This document shows, one piece after another, positions 27,803 through 37,648 of a stretch of 45,772 nucleotides of DNA. The DNA comes from a virus. Location of the stretch: IMG/VR virus record IMGVR_UViG_3300037086_000398, positions 68,362 to 114,133 of that record; one strand, written 5' to 3'. Below the pieces are notes generated by a model that made no database searches, had not been told where the DNA came from, and was given only the letters and a program-made list of their open reading frames with translations. Each line of letters starts with the position of its first letter. Positions within the stretch are counted from its first letter, which is position 1. A program made the translations under genes and the position numbers.

Positions 27803-28852
27803 ATGCATCTCGGTTGGCCCTTAATTTTCTCAATCCTCTTGTTCATTGGAATAGGCCTTAGTCTTTATTCACTTATAAAAAAGAGGGTGTTCCAAAAAAT
27901 CATAAAATTTTTCGTAAGGACAAAAAATATGCCGGATCAAAATCAGCCTCTACAGCCAGCGATTCCAGCCAATAATCCTGGAACTGTTCCTATAACACTT
28001 CAACCTGTAGCCCCAGCCCAGCCTGGAGATAAATTGCATTTTCAGCCACCCATTTTCCCACAGATTCAAACTCTTGATAAGACAGCCTACAATGATTTCA
28101 TGAGTAAATATGATGACGGCAGTGGAACTTTTCCAAACATGGTTTATCGAAGAGGAGCTGGTGTCACTTGTCCATTTGGAATTGCTGAGGGGTATAAAAT
28201 CAAGGCAGATGGAAGCATGGAATGGGGATGGGTGAGAATTCATACCGGAGTGGATAGAGCTGGTGCTCTTTCTGTTACTGACACTCAGGGAAAAGTATGG
28301 AAGGATGCGGTTATCAATCCATTTGATGCTGACGTCACTGATTCTATTTACTATGGGGCTCATGTTTCTTATGGATTTTTGACTATGATTTATTTAACAA
28401 AATATGGCTTTATGTTTTGGATTGGACACATGCAGCCGGGCGTAGATCTCAACCCATGGGTGTATCAGCAGCTCAAGGTAAGGGCCCCAATTCAAAGAGG
28501 AGTCATTCTTGGAAGTGCTGGAGACTTTGGCGAAAGTGGTGGATCTCACACTCACACAGAGCTTTACTCAATCGCTGAAAGATCCGAAACAATTGAATTG
28601 TGTCTCTATGCAAAATTTGGTGACGACATTTTCAAGGAGTACTCCACAGACGAAATCCTTCAAGGATATAGAGAGTTTGATCACTTTGCGGATCCAAGTA
28701 TCAAGGACGAAGTAATTCTTCAAGATTGGCAAGTACAGAAGGCTGCAAGAAATGCCTTCTTTATCAACAAATACATGTATCGTTTCAACGAAGGTGGATC
28801 TGGAAGAACTAAGACTAGATATTCAACCACCTATGCTTTTGCAGGACTCTGA
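27803..28852 (+). CDS. M23-family metallopeptidase with an N-terminal TM/signal-anchor and Pro-rich linker (lysis or peptidoglycan-remodelling candidate)
   Basis: 349 aa. TM LGWPLIFSILLFIGIGLSLYSLI; M23-like HTGVDRA and GGSHTHTE (HxH) motifs. Confidence 0.55.
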   Translation: MHLGWPLIFSILLFIGIGLSLYSLIKKRVFQKIIKFFVRTKNMPDQNQPLQPAIPANNPGTVPITLQPVAPAQPGDKLHFQPPIFPQIQTLDKTAYNDFMSKYDDGSGTFPNMVYRRGAGVTCPFGIAEGYKIKADGSMEWGWVRIHTGVDRAGALSVTDTQGKVWKDAVINPFDADVTDSIYYGAHVSYGFLTMIYLTKYGFMFWIGHMQPGVDLNPWVYQQLKVRAPIQRGVILGSAGDFGESGGSHTHTELYSIAERSETIELCLYAKFGDDIFKEYSTDEILQGYREFDHFADPSIKDEVILQDWQVQKAARNAFFINKYMYRFNEGGSGRTKTRYSTTYAFAGL

Positions 28853-29412
28853 TGATTGTACATGTTGATATGGACAATACTGCAAATGATTTTAGTGGTG
28901 GATTCATAACAGAATTCAACAGAATTACTGGATCAAACTTTGTGCTACCACGTGAAAACCATGCGGAATATGAAATCTTCAAAAACATTCCCAACATTGT
29001 CAATGGAGATGGCGTAAAACTCAGAGAACAAATCTTTACCACTCCAAAATTCTGGGAAAATCTTGAACCAATGCCAGATTTTGAGAGAATAATGAAACTA
29101 CTCTGCAACAAATACAGTGCTGATGCTGGAGATGTTTATATTCTAACAGCAGCCTGGCCAACATATGAAGATTGTTGGACTGAGAAAGTCAGATGGGTAA
29201 AGAAAGTTCTCCCATTTTTTGATCTACATAAAATTATTTTTTCATGGAACAAATCGATCATCAAAGGAGACATACTTATTGATGACTCTCCAAAATACTT
29301 GGAGACATTCAATGGAGACAGTGTGGCATATGATTGGCCCTATAACCGAAATGTAAAGGTTGAATATAGAGTTCATAACTGGGAAGAAATTGGGAGGTAC
29401 TTGAGAGTATGA
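28852..29412 (+). CDS. 5'(3')-deoxyribonucleotidase, HAD superfamily (NT5C-like)
   Basis: 186 aa. DxDxT motif VDMDNT at the N-terminus and DILIDD motif IV. Confidence 0.6.
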   Translation: MIVHVDMDNTANDFSGGFITEFNRITGSNFVLPRENHAEYEIFKNIPNIVNGDGVKLREQIFTTPKFWENLEPMPDFERIMKLLCNKYSADAGDVYILTAAWPTYEDCWTEKVRWVKKVLPFFDLHKIIFSWNKSIIKGDILIDDSPKYLETFNGDSVAYDWPYNRNVKVEYRVHNWEEIGRYLRV

Positions 29413-29798
29413 GTGATGAGATGTTGGAGCAGGTGGTTGACAATGGTCCTTTTATTCCCGAGGAGATTTACAAGATCAATTGGACAAGGCTCTTTAAAAT
29501 TGAGGCTAAGAAGGGTAAAAGGTTCAATTTCAAAAAAGATACCGAAGTTTCTGGATATGTTATTTTTGATATTCTTGTAAAGGCTGAAAAGTCGGAACAG
29601 GAAGAGTCAAAAGAAGAAAATAAAAACGAAAAGAAAGAAGAACCCTCTGACTACTGCGTCTTTAAGGGCAGAATCAATGGATCAAGAACTAGTTTTAGGA
29701 TTGACTTTGATACTTGTAAAATCGCCCTTGAAACAGGAATCTTGAGGCCGGCAAAAACAGATGCTGAGAGGGCGAAGGCAATCCTATCCGGAATCTAA
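29409..29798 (+). CDS. hypothetical protein with a Lys/Glu-rich stretch
   Basis: 129-aa ORF overlapping the upstream stop. Confidence 0.45.
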   Translation: MSDEMLEQVVDNGPFIPEEIYKINWTRLFKIEAKKGKRFNFKKDTEVSGYVIFDILVKAEKSEQEESKEENKNEKKEEPSDYCVFKGRINGSRTSFRIDFDTCKIALETGILRPAKTDAERAKAILSGI

Positions 29799-30039
29799 AA
29801 TCTCTATTTTCAAACTCAATGAGCCCTATGTAATAGACACTTATAATGGTTTCTATTATTTCATAGGCGTTAAATCGCATGGATTACAACACGGCCCCGC
29901 CTTTCAGTTTGAAAAGCTGAAAGGCGGTTATGAAATCGAAATTGGGCAAGCCTTAATAGAGCAGCTATTAGATGACAACAAAATTAGAAAATTGGAAGAA
30001 ACAGAGTTCGCTAAAGCCCTGCTTCTATTAAATGGTTAA
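29761..30039 (+). CDS. hypothetical protein
   Basis: 92-aa ORF. Confidence 0.4.
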   Translation: MLRGRRQSYPESKISIFKLNEPYVIDTYNGFYYFIGVKSHGLQHGPAFQFEKLKGGYEIEIGQALIEQLLDDNKIRKLEETEFAKALLLLNG

Positions 30040-30323
30040 TGGAGGAAGTTTATTTTGAGGGCGAATTAGAGCCTTATTCATACAACGAACCATTTTACTT
30101 TAACTTTGAAATTGGCCAAGTCTATTATCAAGTGATGAGGGGAGTGTATTACTTCAAAATGAGAGTTGGGAAGTTCTATATTTTTACAAAAAGCACGAGC
30201 AACAGATGGCCAACATTTGAAAGCATTGAAATTTTACCCGAAGAGTTCAATAAATGGATAAAAGAAAAGAGAATACGAAAACCAACGCTTTTAGAACACG
30301 CAAAAAGTCTGTTGAGCAGTTAG
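30039..30323 (+). CDS. hypothetical protein
   Basis: 94-aa ORF; TAATG overlap. Confidence 0.45.
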   Translation: MEEVYFEGELEPYSYNEPFYFNFEIGQVYYQVMRGVYYFKMRVGKFYIFTKSTSNRWPTFESIEILPEEFNKWIKEKRIRKPTLLEHAKSLLSS

Positions 30324-30658
30324 ATGTTGGAAAGAAATACCTCATTAGAGATAGTGGCATCTTTATCTATCAAGGTGTAGCAAAGGCTGAAATTTCTAAA
30401 AGCTTTTCCAACAAAACAGTAGTTGAATTTTCTGCAAACAATAAGACCATGTTCAAAGATAACTCTAATAAAGCTGGACTAAAAAAACCTCCGTATGGAA
30501 AGTCGATGGTTATGACACTTGAACAAGCGAACGTTGGCATTGGAACTGGATATATTAAAGAAGCTACTCCAGATATGGAAGCAAAAATTTTGTTATTAGG
30601 AGATGAAGATGGACGACGAATTCAAGGTCGAAGTAAAAATCAAAAGAGGCGTGTATAA
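30254..30658 (+). CDS. hypothetical protein
   Basis: 134-aa ORF overlapping the upstream gene by 70 nt; no alternative in-frame start found. Confidence 0.4.
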   Translation: MDKRKENTKTNAFRTRKKSVEQLDVGKKYLIRDSGIFIYQGVAKAEISKSFSNKTVVEFSANNKTMFKDNSNKAGLKKPPYGKSMVMTLEQANVGIGTGYIKEATPDMEAKILLLGDEDGRRIQGRSKNQKRRV

Positions 30659-30854
30659 ACATTTCAAGGGTGGTCTCTATATTGTAAAAGGAATGTCTCG
30701 ACATTCAGAGACAGAAGAACTTTTGGTTTCTTATCGATCTTGCAAAGACGGAACGAGGTGGGTAAGACCTTTGAAGAATTTTACTGAGAACATTATTGAT
30801 CCAACAACAAATAGATCTGTTCCTCGATTCGAATTGATTCATGAATGGCCTTAG
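30603..30854 (+). CDS. DUF1653-like small protein
   Basis: 83 aa; GVYKHFKGGLYIVKGMSRHSETEELLVSYRS...WVRPLKNF matches the DUF1653 pattern. Confidence 0.45.
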   Translation: MKMDDEFKVEVKIKRGVYKHFKGGLYIVKGMSRHSETEELLVSYRSCKDGTRWVRPLKNFTENIIDPTTNRSVPRFELIHEWP

Positions 30855-31057
30855 CATACTTTAAGCTAAAGGGGATACAAATGAATATGGAACATTTGTT
30901 TGATGGGTGGCTGAGCAGATCATTGTTTTTGAATTCGAGTGAGAAGATTGCAGAGTGTTGGAATACAATTTCGATTATTGCAATAAGTTTTGTCTATCTG
31001 GCATGGGCCGGGTATCTTTTGGTAGGATCAATCTTTTCTTATTTCATCATAAGGTAA
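30845..31057 (+). CDS. hypothetical small membrane protein
   Basis: 70 aa with hydrophobic C-terminus ISIIAISFVYLAWAGYLLVGSIFSYFII. Confidence 0.35.
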   Translation: MALAYFKLKGIQMNMEHLFDGWLSRSLFLNSSEKIAECWNTISIIAISFVYLAWAGYLLVGSIFSYFIIR

Positions 31058-31075
31058 TCTCTGGGAGAATTCAAA

Positions 31076-31246
31076 ATGTTTTTGATCGTACTTTGGTTTT
31101 TGATTGGTGTCGTTTTTGGCTATGTTCTTCATAGTCAAATCAGAATAACACTTCGAGTAGTGCATCCCAAAATTAATAAAATGTGGTCAAGGATAAAAGA
31201 ATCCTTCAAAAAGAAGGTAAAAAATGAAAGTCGTCATAATAAGTGA
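31076..31246 (+). CDS. hypothetical small TM protein (56 aa, below track cutoff)
   Basis: MFLIVLWFLIGVVFGYVLH... found by hand. RBS GGGAGAA upstream. Confidence 0.3.
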   Translation: MFLIVLWFLIGVVFGYVLHSQIRITLRVVHPKINKMWSRIKESFKKKVKNESRHNK

Positions 31247-31646
31247 AAGCGAAATCAAGATAGTAGCCGAGAACGAAGCTGATGTAGTATTTTTAGAATT
31301 CTTTCTTACTAAGAAACCAAGAGGCATAATGCCATCTGGTAGAAAAGATTATCTCAAACTACTCATGAGTGATGTTGATATCTTGCCTTCACTTCTAAAC
31401 GAAACAATAAAACTACGAAAAAGAATGGAGACCGATAATTTTTCTGAGGCTGTTAAATCAAAACTTCCAGAAGATCTTCCAGAGCTTGAAGCAATGGAAA
31501 ATGAATTTGAGGAACCACATCTTTCAGAGATCCAAGACATGATTGAGGAACCACCGGGGGCCTTTATTGTTACCAATGATGAAGATTTGAATTTGGATGA
31601 TCTTCCTGAATTTGAAACAGTGAACGACGAAGACATTGTCGAATAA
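31224..31646 (+). CDS. strongly acidic hypothetical protein
   Basis: 140 aa with a Glu/Asp-rich C-terminal half. Confidence 0.5.
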   Translation: MKVVIISESEIKIVAENEADVVFLEFFLTKKPRGIMPSGRKDYLKLLMSDVDILPSLLNETIKLRKRMETDNFSEAVKSKLPEDLPELEAMENEFEEPHLSEIQDMIEEPPGAFIVTNDEDLNLDDLPEFETVNDEDIVE

Positions 31647-31660
31647 AAACACATAGGAGA

Positions 31661-31912
31661 ATGTATATGAAAGCCATAATCAAGACATCCTTTTCTGCAA
31701 AAGTGCAAGCATCTCAGTTCAATCCGGTTGAATCAAATGATGGACTTGAACTTGAGATTGAAGTAGCAGATGAAAATGAACTCGCAGAAAAAATCGAACA
31801 TTTTCAAAAAATAATCAGAGAAAAGGTTGTTAAAAGCGTCATCGAGGGCGTTAATGAAATTAGAGCCGCTAGGGCAAAAATGCTCCTTGAAATGGATGAA
31901 GAAAACAAATAA
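31661..31912 (+). CDS. hypothetical protein
   Basis: 83 aa; RBS TAGGAGAA upstream. Confidence 0.45.
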   Translation: MYMKAIIKTSFSAKVQASQFNPVESNDGLELEIEVADENELAEKIEHFQKIIREKVVKSVIEGVNEIRAARAKMLLEMDEENK

Positions 31913-31921
31913 AACTATTGG

Positions 31922-33319
31922 ATGATCATACTCAAAGCCTCAATCGATGACAATAGGTTTGTCACTATAAAAAGTCGTGGTGATAATCTCGACAAAATTG
32001 AAAAATTGTTTTCATTTAGTGATCTGTCGAACTGTTGGGTGAATGGTTCCTTTCGAAGAGAATATATCAAAATCAGAAAATTTCTCACAAGGACGAGTCA
32101 GGATCCAACGACAGGACTACTACCAATAGGCTTCTTGGGAGACCTTGAAGCCTTTTTAATCTCAAATCAAGCCAAATATCTTATTGAAGACAATCGTTCG
32201 AAAGAAATTTTCAGCTTCACTGATAAAGAAATCAGAGACAATCTTAGTTATCTCACTCTCTACGACTATCAAATTGAAGCCATCAAGGTATGTCTGAAAC
32301 TCGGTAATGGGATAGTTAAGTCGGCTACTGGAAGTGGCAAGACCGAAATGTTTATTTCACTTTGCAATCTCATGAAAAAGAAGACCTTGATTCTTTTTGC
32401 TAGAATTGATTTGGCTCGACAGACCTTGAGAAGAATGATCGACGCCGGCGTGGATGCTGGAATCGTGCAGGGCGGAGAGGTTGATGAAAAACACCAAGTA
32501 ATCATGGCCACTGTTCAGAGTGGCCACAAACTTGTCAACAAATATGAAATGTTGATAGTTGATGAAGTTCATCGGGCTTCAGGAGAACAATATCAAAACA
32601 TTATTATGGCCAGCATGTTTAGATACCGTTTTGGATTCTCAGCAACTCCCTTTGTTGGTAAAAAAGATGAGTTTAGGGATGCAAAAACAAAAGCTTGGCT
32701 TGGTGGAATTATCTACGAGGTAAAATCTGAGAAGCTTATTGATGAAGAGAAGATTGCAGATCCCATTATCCACATGGTTCCAATTGCAAAACCAATTGGT
32801 ATTGACAACTATAAATGGATGCCAGCAGAAAAATATGGTATTGTGCGTAATAAATACAGAAATGAAGTAATCGCCAAGCTCTGTCAGGATTTGACAGGAC
32901 AAATTTTAATCTTGGTTAAGAAAATAGATCACGGAAAGACTCTTGCCTCTCTTATTCCCAATGCCATATTTCTTCATGGTGTCACCAATGTAAAAGAAAG
33001 AGCTGAAGTGGTTAAGAGATTTGATGCTGGGGAAGAATTTGTGCTTATTGCTTCTACTATCTTTGATGAGGGCATTGACCTACGATCGGTGGCACACTTA
33101 TTCATAGCTGGTGGTGGCAGCTCCTATATTAAGGTTTTGCAGAGGATAGGTCGAGGAATGAGGGTCACCGCTACTAAGAAGACCGTGGATGTCTATGATT
33201 TTTTTGACAAAACAAATCCAATCCTATTGAAGCACTCCAATGAACGAATTAAGTTATATCGCAAGGAAGGCTATAATAGGATTTTTTTTGAAGAAGATAT
33301 GGTTATTTCAGCCGCCTAA
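31922..33319 (+). CDS. SF2 DEAD/DEAH-box DNA/RNA helicase (UvsW-like)
   Basis: 465 aa. Q-motif region, Walker A TGSGKTEM, DEVH box (IVDEVHRAS), and helicase-C motifs (IASTIFDEGIDL, LQRIGRGMR). Confidence 0.75.
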   Translation: MIILKASIDDNRFVTIKSRGDNLDKIEKLFSFSDLSNCWVNGSFRREYIKIRKFLTRTSQDPTTGLLPIGFLGDLEAFLISNQAKYLIEDNRSKEIFSFTDKEIRDNLSYLTLYDYQIEAIKVCLKLGNGIVKSATGSGKTEMFISLCNLMKKKTLILFARIDLARQTLRRMIDAGVDAGIVQGGEVDEKHQVIMATVQSGHKLVNKYEMLIVDEVHRASGEQYQNIIMASMFRYRFGFSATPFVGKKDEFRDAKTKAWLGGIIYEVKSEKLIDEEKIADPIIHMVPIAKPIGIDNYKWMPAEKYGIVRNKYRNEVIAKLCQDLTGQILILVKKIDHGKTLASLIPNAIFLHGVTNVKERAEVVKRFDAGEEFVLIASTIFDEGIDLRSVAHLFIAGGGSSYIKVLQRIGRGMRVTATKKTVDVYDFFDKTNPILLKHSNERIKLYRKEGYNRIFFEEDMVISAA

Positions 33320-33383
33320 TTGATAAAAGAATTCCCGTCAGAGCAAGATAAAATCATCCTATAATAGAGAACAAGGTGTAAAC

Positions 33384-33725
33384 ATGGAATACTTGATCTT
33401 TAAGATTCATGACAAACAAATAGCTGCTCCAATTACAGATGATTATAATTTAGAAGCAACTCAAATAAACAAGATCTTGACAGTCCATAACAGAAAAAGC
33501 AAGCTTATCAAAGGTGCCATCAACTACAAGGGCAACCTTATTAATGTCATCGACATCAGTCCTCTATATAAAAAGAGATCTTTAGGAAAGTTTGATGGAT
33601 TGATTTTTGTTAATAGGCGTGGATTGACTTTTGCAATAAAGTTCGAAGGATTTTTTCAAAGAAAGGATTCTATTGAGAAGGGGATGGAGAAGATTGACAT
33701 CAAGAAGATTATTAAGATGCTCTAG
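33384..33725 (+). CDS. hypothetical protein
   Basis: 113 aa. Its stop shares a CTAG with the stop of the convergent minus-strand gene. Confidence 0.45.
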   Translation: MEYLIFKIHDKQIAAPITDDYNLEATQINKILTVHNRKSKLIKGAINYKGNLINVIDISPLYKKRSLGKFDGLIFVNRRGLTFAIKFEGFFQRKDSIEKGMEKIDIKKIIKML

Positions 33726-35047
33726 GCCGTTCTAAATGAAAGCTTTTTATTGAGTGTGTTAACTGATGTGCTTGGTGAATCAAATTCAAATTTTGTGGTT
33801 GAGAATAGTTTTACTACGAATCTTAATCTTTCTTTTTCTTCATAAACATGTATTTGTTGAACATTGATCTTGCTTAAGAATTTGCTGAGAGCGTCCAACA
33901 AATCCTCCCGCCTATTCAAATACTTTACCAAACCGTTGATAAATGGACCAATCAAGTATCCTGCACCACCTTGAGCTTGTTCACTCTTTGGATCATATTT
34001 GATTTCTTTTGCTCCGGTTGAGATCTTGTCATAAAACTTTCTCAAGCTCAGTTCAGCCTTTCCTTGTTGATAGAGCATGTTGAGAGCATAAGAGATTTGT
34101 TGTTTGATTTCTCCAGGAGATAGATCTAAATCGATTTCACCAGTTATTTTCTGAAGTTCTTTAAGACCATTCCACTCTGGGAACATGTTGGCGATTTTCA
34201 AATAACCATTCAACATTTCTTCTTCTTTGACTGTTTTCAAAAGCCTTACCAATATTGGCGATTTGGCCTTTTTGATGAAATCGTCACCAGTGACCGTAGC
34301 TAAAGATCCAGCCGCACCACTCCCTGCTTTCATAGAAATAGGATCATCACCAGAGAAAAAATCAACAAGAGGATTGTTTGATTCTAGAGGGAATCTAATG
34401 GGCTTACCTTCTTTTCTAGAAAAGAGCATTGCCCCAAGAATTTCACCAAAATCGTTTAAAATAGCATTTTTGCTGCTGATTGAAACATCAACATCAAATT
34501 CTTCATCTTTATTCACATAGACAACATTGCCTGCATCTATTAGTTTCCCATATCTGACGGTGTTCAAAAGAAGAGTGAGATATTTCTTTATTTTTGGATC
34601 GTCTTCTTTTTTATCGATCTGTGGAACTATTTTCTTGTAGAAATCTTTGGGTGTCGCAAAATCTTGACCTGCTAAATTAAGTGCTTTGGGAGTGAATTTC
34701 TTTATTCCAGATTTTCCAGAAATCATTGAATCGACTATATAAATGATTGCATCATCACTTTCTACTCGATAGGTTCTAAATTTGCCAGATCTGGAATCTT
34801 CGGTGCCAGGAGGATATGAAGTAATTTTAACCTTGATTCCGATAATCTTCGACATTTCCTTGAGCACTACTGTTGTCAAATTTTCGTTTCCACTGATGTC
34901 AAATCTTAGATCTGGTGATGGACCACCATGCCCGCCTGGGTTTTTTTGATTCTTTTTATATTGGAGAAGCTGTTCTTCAAACGACTTTCTCAGAGTTGAT
35001 TTAGGGCTACCAATAAGTTCTTCGAAGAGTCGCTCAAAGAAGTTCAT
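33722..35047 (-). CDS. hypothetical protein (distal gene of the minus-strand cassette)
   Basis: 441-aa ORF with no recognisable motif. Confidence 0.6.
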   Translation of the reverse strand: MNFFERLFEELIGSPKSTLRKSFEEQLLQYKKNQKNPGGHGGPSPDLRFDISGNENLTTVVLKEMSKIIGIKVKITSYPPGTEDSRSGKFRTYRVESDDAIIYIVDSMISGKSGIKKFTPKALNLAGQDFATPKDFYKKIVPQIDKKEDDPKIKKYLTLLLNTVRYGKLIDAGNVVYVNKDEEFDVDVSISSKNAILNDFGEILGAMLFSRKEGKPIRFPLESNNPLVDFFSGDDPISMKAGSGAAGSLATVTGDDFIKKAKSPILVRLLKTVKEEEMLNGYLKIANMFPEWNGLKELQKITGEIDLDLSPGEIKQQISYALNMLYQQGKAELSLRKFYDKISTGAKEIKYDPKSEQAQGGAGYLIGPFINGLVKYLNRREDLLDALSKFLSKINVQQIHVYEEKERLRFVVKLFSTTKFEFDSPSTSVNTLNKKLSFRTA

Positions 35048-35049
35048 GA

Positions 35050-35559
35050 TTATCCTATTGGGAAAGGTCCGTTTAGAATGTGTTTGGGCGCAAAATAGGT
35101 AGAAACATCTGAGAGAGACTGTACAGAATACTCTCCAACGGTTCCCTTAAAGGCTGATGATGTTAGAGCAGTAATATATTCCCAATCTGTTCCTTGAACA
35201 GTTCCAACACCAGTCTTTAAAATTAAAATCTTATCTCCAGTACCGGGTACGGCACCATTAACTGGATCTGGTCCAGTGTTTAGAATAATTACTTCCTTTT
35301 GCACAAAGAAGAACCCAGCCGCTTTTGCAGTCTTAAATGCGGCTTCATTTACAAAGCTATGGGCTCTCCAAACTTCACTTAAAGATGATATATGAAGGTC
35401 GAGATTAACTTCTGTATCAATTCCACGGGAAACACACTGTAACCAAAGGTTAGTGGCACCAGCGCTTCCTCCAACAGAAGCAGCCAAAACAACGTATTTT
35501 GGAGGTATATAGTTTGCGCTCGTCTCTGAATTGAGCATCACATATTCTACAATGTTCAT
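35050..35559 (-). CDS. hypothetical Gly/Thr/Val-rich protein
   Basis: 169-aa ORF, 2-nt gap to the downstream gene. Confidence 0.55.
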   Translation of the reverse strand: MNIVEYVMLNSETSANYIPPKYVVLAASVGGSAGATNLWLQCVSRGIDTEVNLDLHISSLSEVWRAHSFVNEAAFKTAKAAGFFFVQKEVIILNTGPDPVNGAVPGTGDKILILKTGVGTVQGTDWEYITALTSSAFKGTVGEYSVQSLSDVSTYFAPKHILNGPFPIG

Positions 35560-35576
35560 TAGAATCTCCTTTTGCT

Positions 35577-36890
35577 TTATCTTTTCAGAAGGTCGTCCAA
35601 AGATTCAGACAGTTTGCTCTTCTGCCAAAAGAAATTATTAAAATAAGAGATAGCTAGCTCTTTATAAGTCATATGATTGACGAGCTCCTTCTCGAATCTA
35701 TCAAGTTCATATAGTTGGGCCTGAATATTGTCTCTTTCAAAAGTTCTAGAGGGGGTTATTTCTCGAAGTTTTTCTCTTGCTCTTTCAACAGCGCGCTGTA
35801 TTTCACCTCTCTCTTTAACCTCAGCATTGATATCAAGCTTCTTGTTTCTAGCTAAAAGCAGCTTTGAAACGCTGCCATATTCAGCAACCTTTTTTTTATC
35901 TAGTTCTTTGAGCTTTACATTCAGAACCTTATTTCCAATCAAAGTTTTTAATTCACTTAATGGATCTGGTGGTCGATCTAAGACTTGATAGAAGCTACCA
36001 AACTTGCCAGTTATCTTGTAGGCCTTACCGTTGAAATGGACCACTAGTCCTTCAATTCCAAGATCATCTGATTTCAGGTCTGCCAATTTTGATTTCATGT
36101 TTCCAAGAATTTCAGATCCAACTTCAAGAGACACTTCTTTCATAAAGATTTTGAGTTCTTCTTGATTGCCACCAAAGTTAATAATTTGTGGTTTATATTT
36201 TTCCCAAACTTGTTTAGCTTTTTCATTTTTTGCTACGGTGGACGGCAAAACTGCGATGGGGCCCTTAAAAAGCCAGAATGTTTTCTCTGCAACTGGAAAT
36301 CTTCCAGAGACGTTGTAGTCAAAATGAGATTGCTGAGTGGCGACAGTACCAAACTTATTGGCCAATCGGGTGAGAATATTTTTAGCGTCTTTCTCATTAA
36401 GGTTGCGGGATCTTTCATATCCAGTGTCTTTTGTTCCACGAAGATCATGAAATACAATATAGTTCTTTTCTTTGCTATATTTGACCAAATTTGGCTGTTC
36501 ACCATAAATAATTTCAAGATTGATGAAGTTTTTTGGTTCGTCACTTATGTCCATAAGTTGATATGTTTGGCGTTCAGAGATTGATAGCTTCTCCATAGCC
36601 GACTTAATTGCATTAAATCCTGATCTAAAAGCTGGCAAGGCCGGATGTGACTTTCTGAACTTTTCAAATGGATTGTCGAATGGCTCTTCATTAGCATTTC
36701 TAGCAGCCACAACCTTTTTGTCTCTATTAAATCCTACGAAAAGATTGAGACCGTCCACCTTTTCTGTAGCCAGAAGTTTTCCGTCTAATAGAGAATCATA
36801 GAATTCAATAAATTGTTGAGGAGATAAATCATCTGAAGGGTGGGAAATATGGCCGGCAACCCCGCCCTCTGTTAGGAACTCAAAAGTCAT
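35577..36890 (-). CDS. ATP-dependent RNA ligase-like nucleotidyltransferase (Rnl family candidate)
   Basis: 437 aa. Ligase motif I TEKVDG (KxDG), motif IV EGLVVH and motif V KAYKITGK in the correct order and spacing. Confidence 0.55.
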   Translation of the reverse strand: MTFEFLTEGGVAGHISHPSDDLSPQQFIEFYDSLLDGKLLATEKVDGLNLFVGFNRDKKVVAARNANEEPFDNPFEKFRKSHPALPAFRSGFNAIKSAMEKLSISERQTYQLMDISDEPKNFINLEIIYGEQPNLVKYSKEKNYIVFHDLRGTKDTGYERSRNLNEKDAKNILTRLANKFGTVATQQSHFDYNVSGRFPVAEKTFWLFKGPIAVLPSTVAKNEKAKQVWEKYKPQIINFGGNQEELKIFMKEVSLEVGSEILGNMKSKLADLKSDDLGIEGLVVHFNGKAYKITGKFGSFYQVLDRPPDPLSELKTLIGNKVLNVKLKELDKKKVAEYGSVSKLLLARNKKLDINAEVKERGEIQRAVERAREKLREITPSRTFERDNIQAQLYELDRFEKELVNHMTYKELAISYFNNFFWQKSKLSESLDDLLKR

Positions 36891-37648
36891 TTTCTCTCCT
36901 CTATATATTGATACATCATTTTCATCATTCTTTTTGTTGCAGGGTGCCTCATTCCAAGAGAGCTAAGGTAGTAACTAAAATTGCTTTTCATGGAATTAAT
37001 AAGTCGCTTATTGGTTTTTGAGAGCGGATTTGAAATAACCTCAAGCATTCCCTTTTTTGTAAAACCCATCTGTCTAAACTCTTCAATGGATTGGCGAGCA
37101 AAGGCCATTATCTCATATTTGTCCGACATATATTTATCGGTATTAATAGCCCTCAAGTTCGCAAATTTCATGAAATTCGTTTTCTCAAGCGTCTTTTTTG
37201 CTTTTCTGATTTTTGCCATTTGCTTCTTGTGCACTAATTCATGGGCAAAGAGTTGAAGTAACAGACTCAGAAAAACTTCGTACGATTTATCATTCAGTTT
37301 AAAAATACCACCAGAGAGACTAACTCCCAAAATACCATCATCATACATACTGGCGCCCTGGAAACCATACTTTCCCCAGTCTGCTCCGCCAGTTCTGCCG
37401 TATTCAAACTCAATATTATTGTTTATGAAAGACAGATCTTCTGAATTCATAAAATCAACGAATCGATCAACAAACTCTTTCACGTTTCCTGAGTCTGATT
37501 TTCTCAGCTGGCGGCGATAATACTTGATTTTGTTCAGTATATCATCCTTGTTCTCTCTGAATAGAGAGGCCACTCTGTTCATTGTTGTTGGGCTAGGTTG
37601 TAATACCATGGTATTTAGCTCCAAAAAATGATTATCCAGGGTTCCCAC
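36887..37648 (-). CDS. hypothetical protein with an HExxH motif (HELVH); putative zinc-dependent hydrolase
   Basis: 253 aa; ATGA overlap with the ligase-like gene. Confidence 0.5.
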   Translation of the reverse strand: MGTLDNHFLELNTMVLQPSPTTMNRVASLFRENKDDILNKIKYYRRQLRKSDSGNVKEFVDRFVDFMNSEDLSFINNNIEFEYGRTGGADWGKYGFQGASMYDDGILGVSLSGGIFKLNDKSYEVFLSLLLQLFAHELVHKKQMAKIRKAKKTLEKTNFMKFANLRAINTDKYMSDKYEIMAFARQSIEEFRQMGFTKKGMLEVISNPLSKTNKRLINSMKSNFSYYLSSLGMRHPATKRMMKMMYQYIEERK

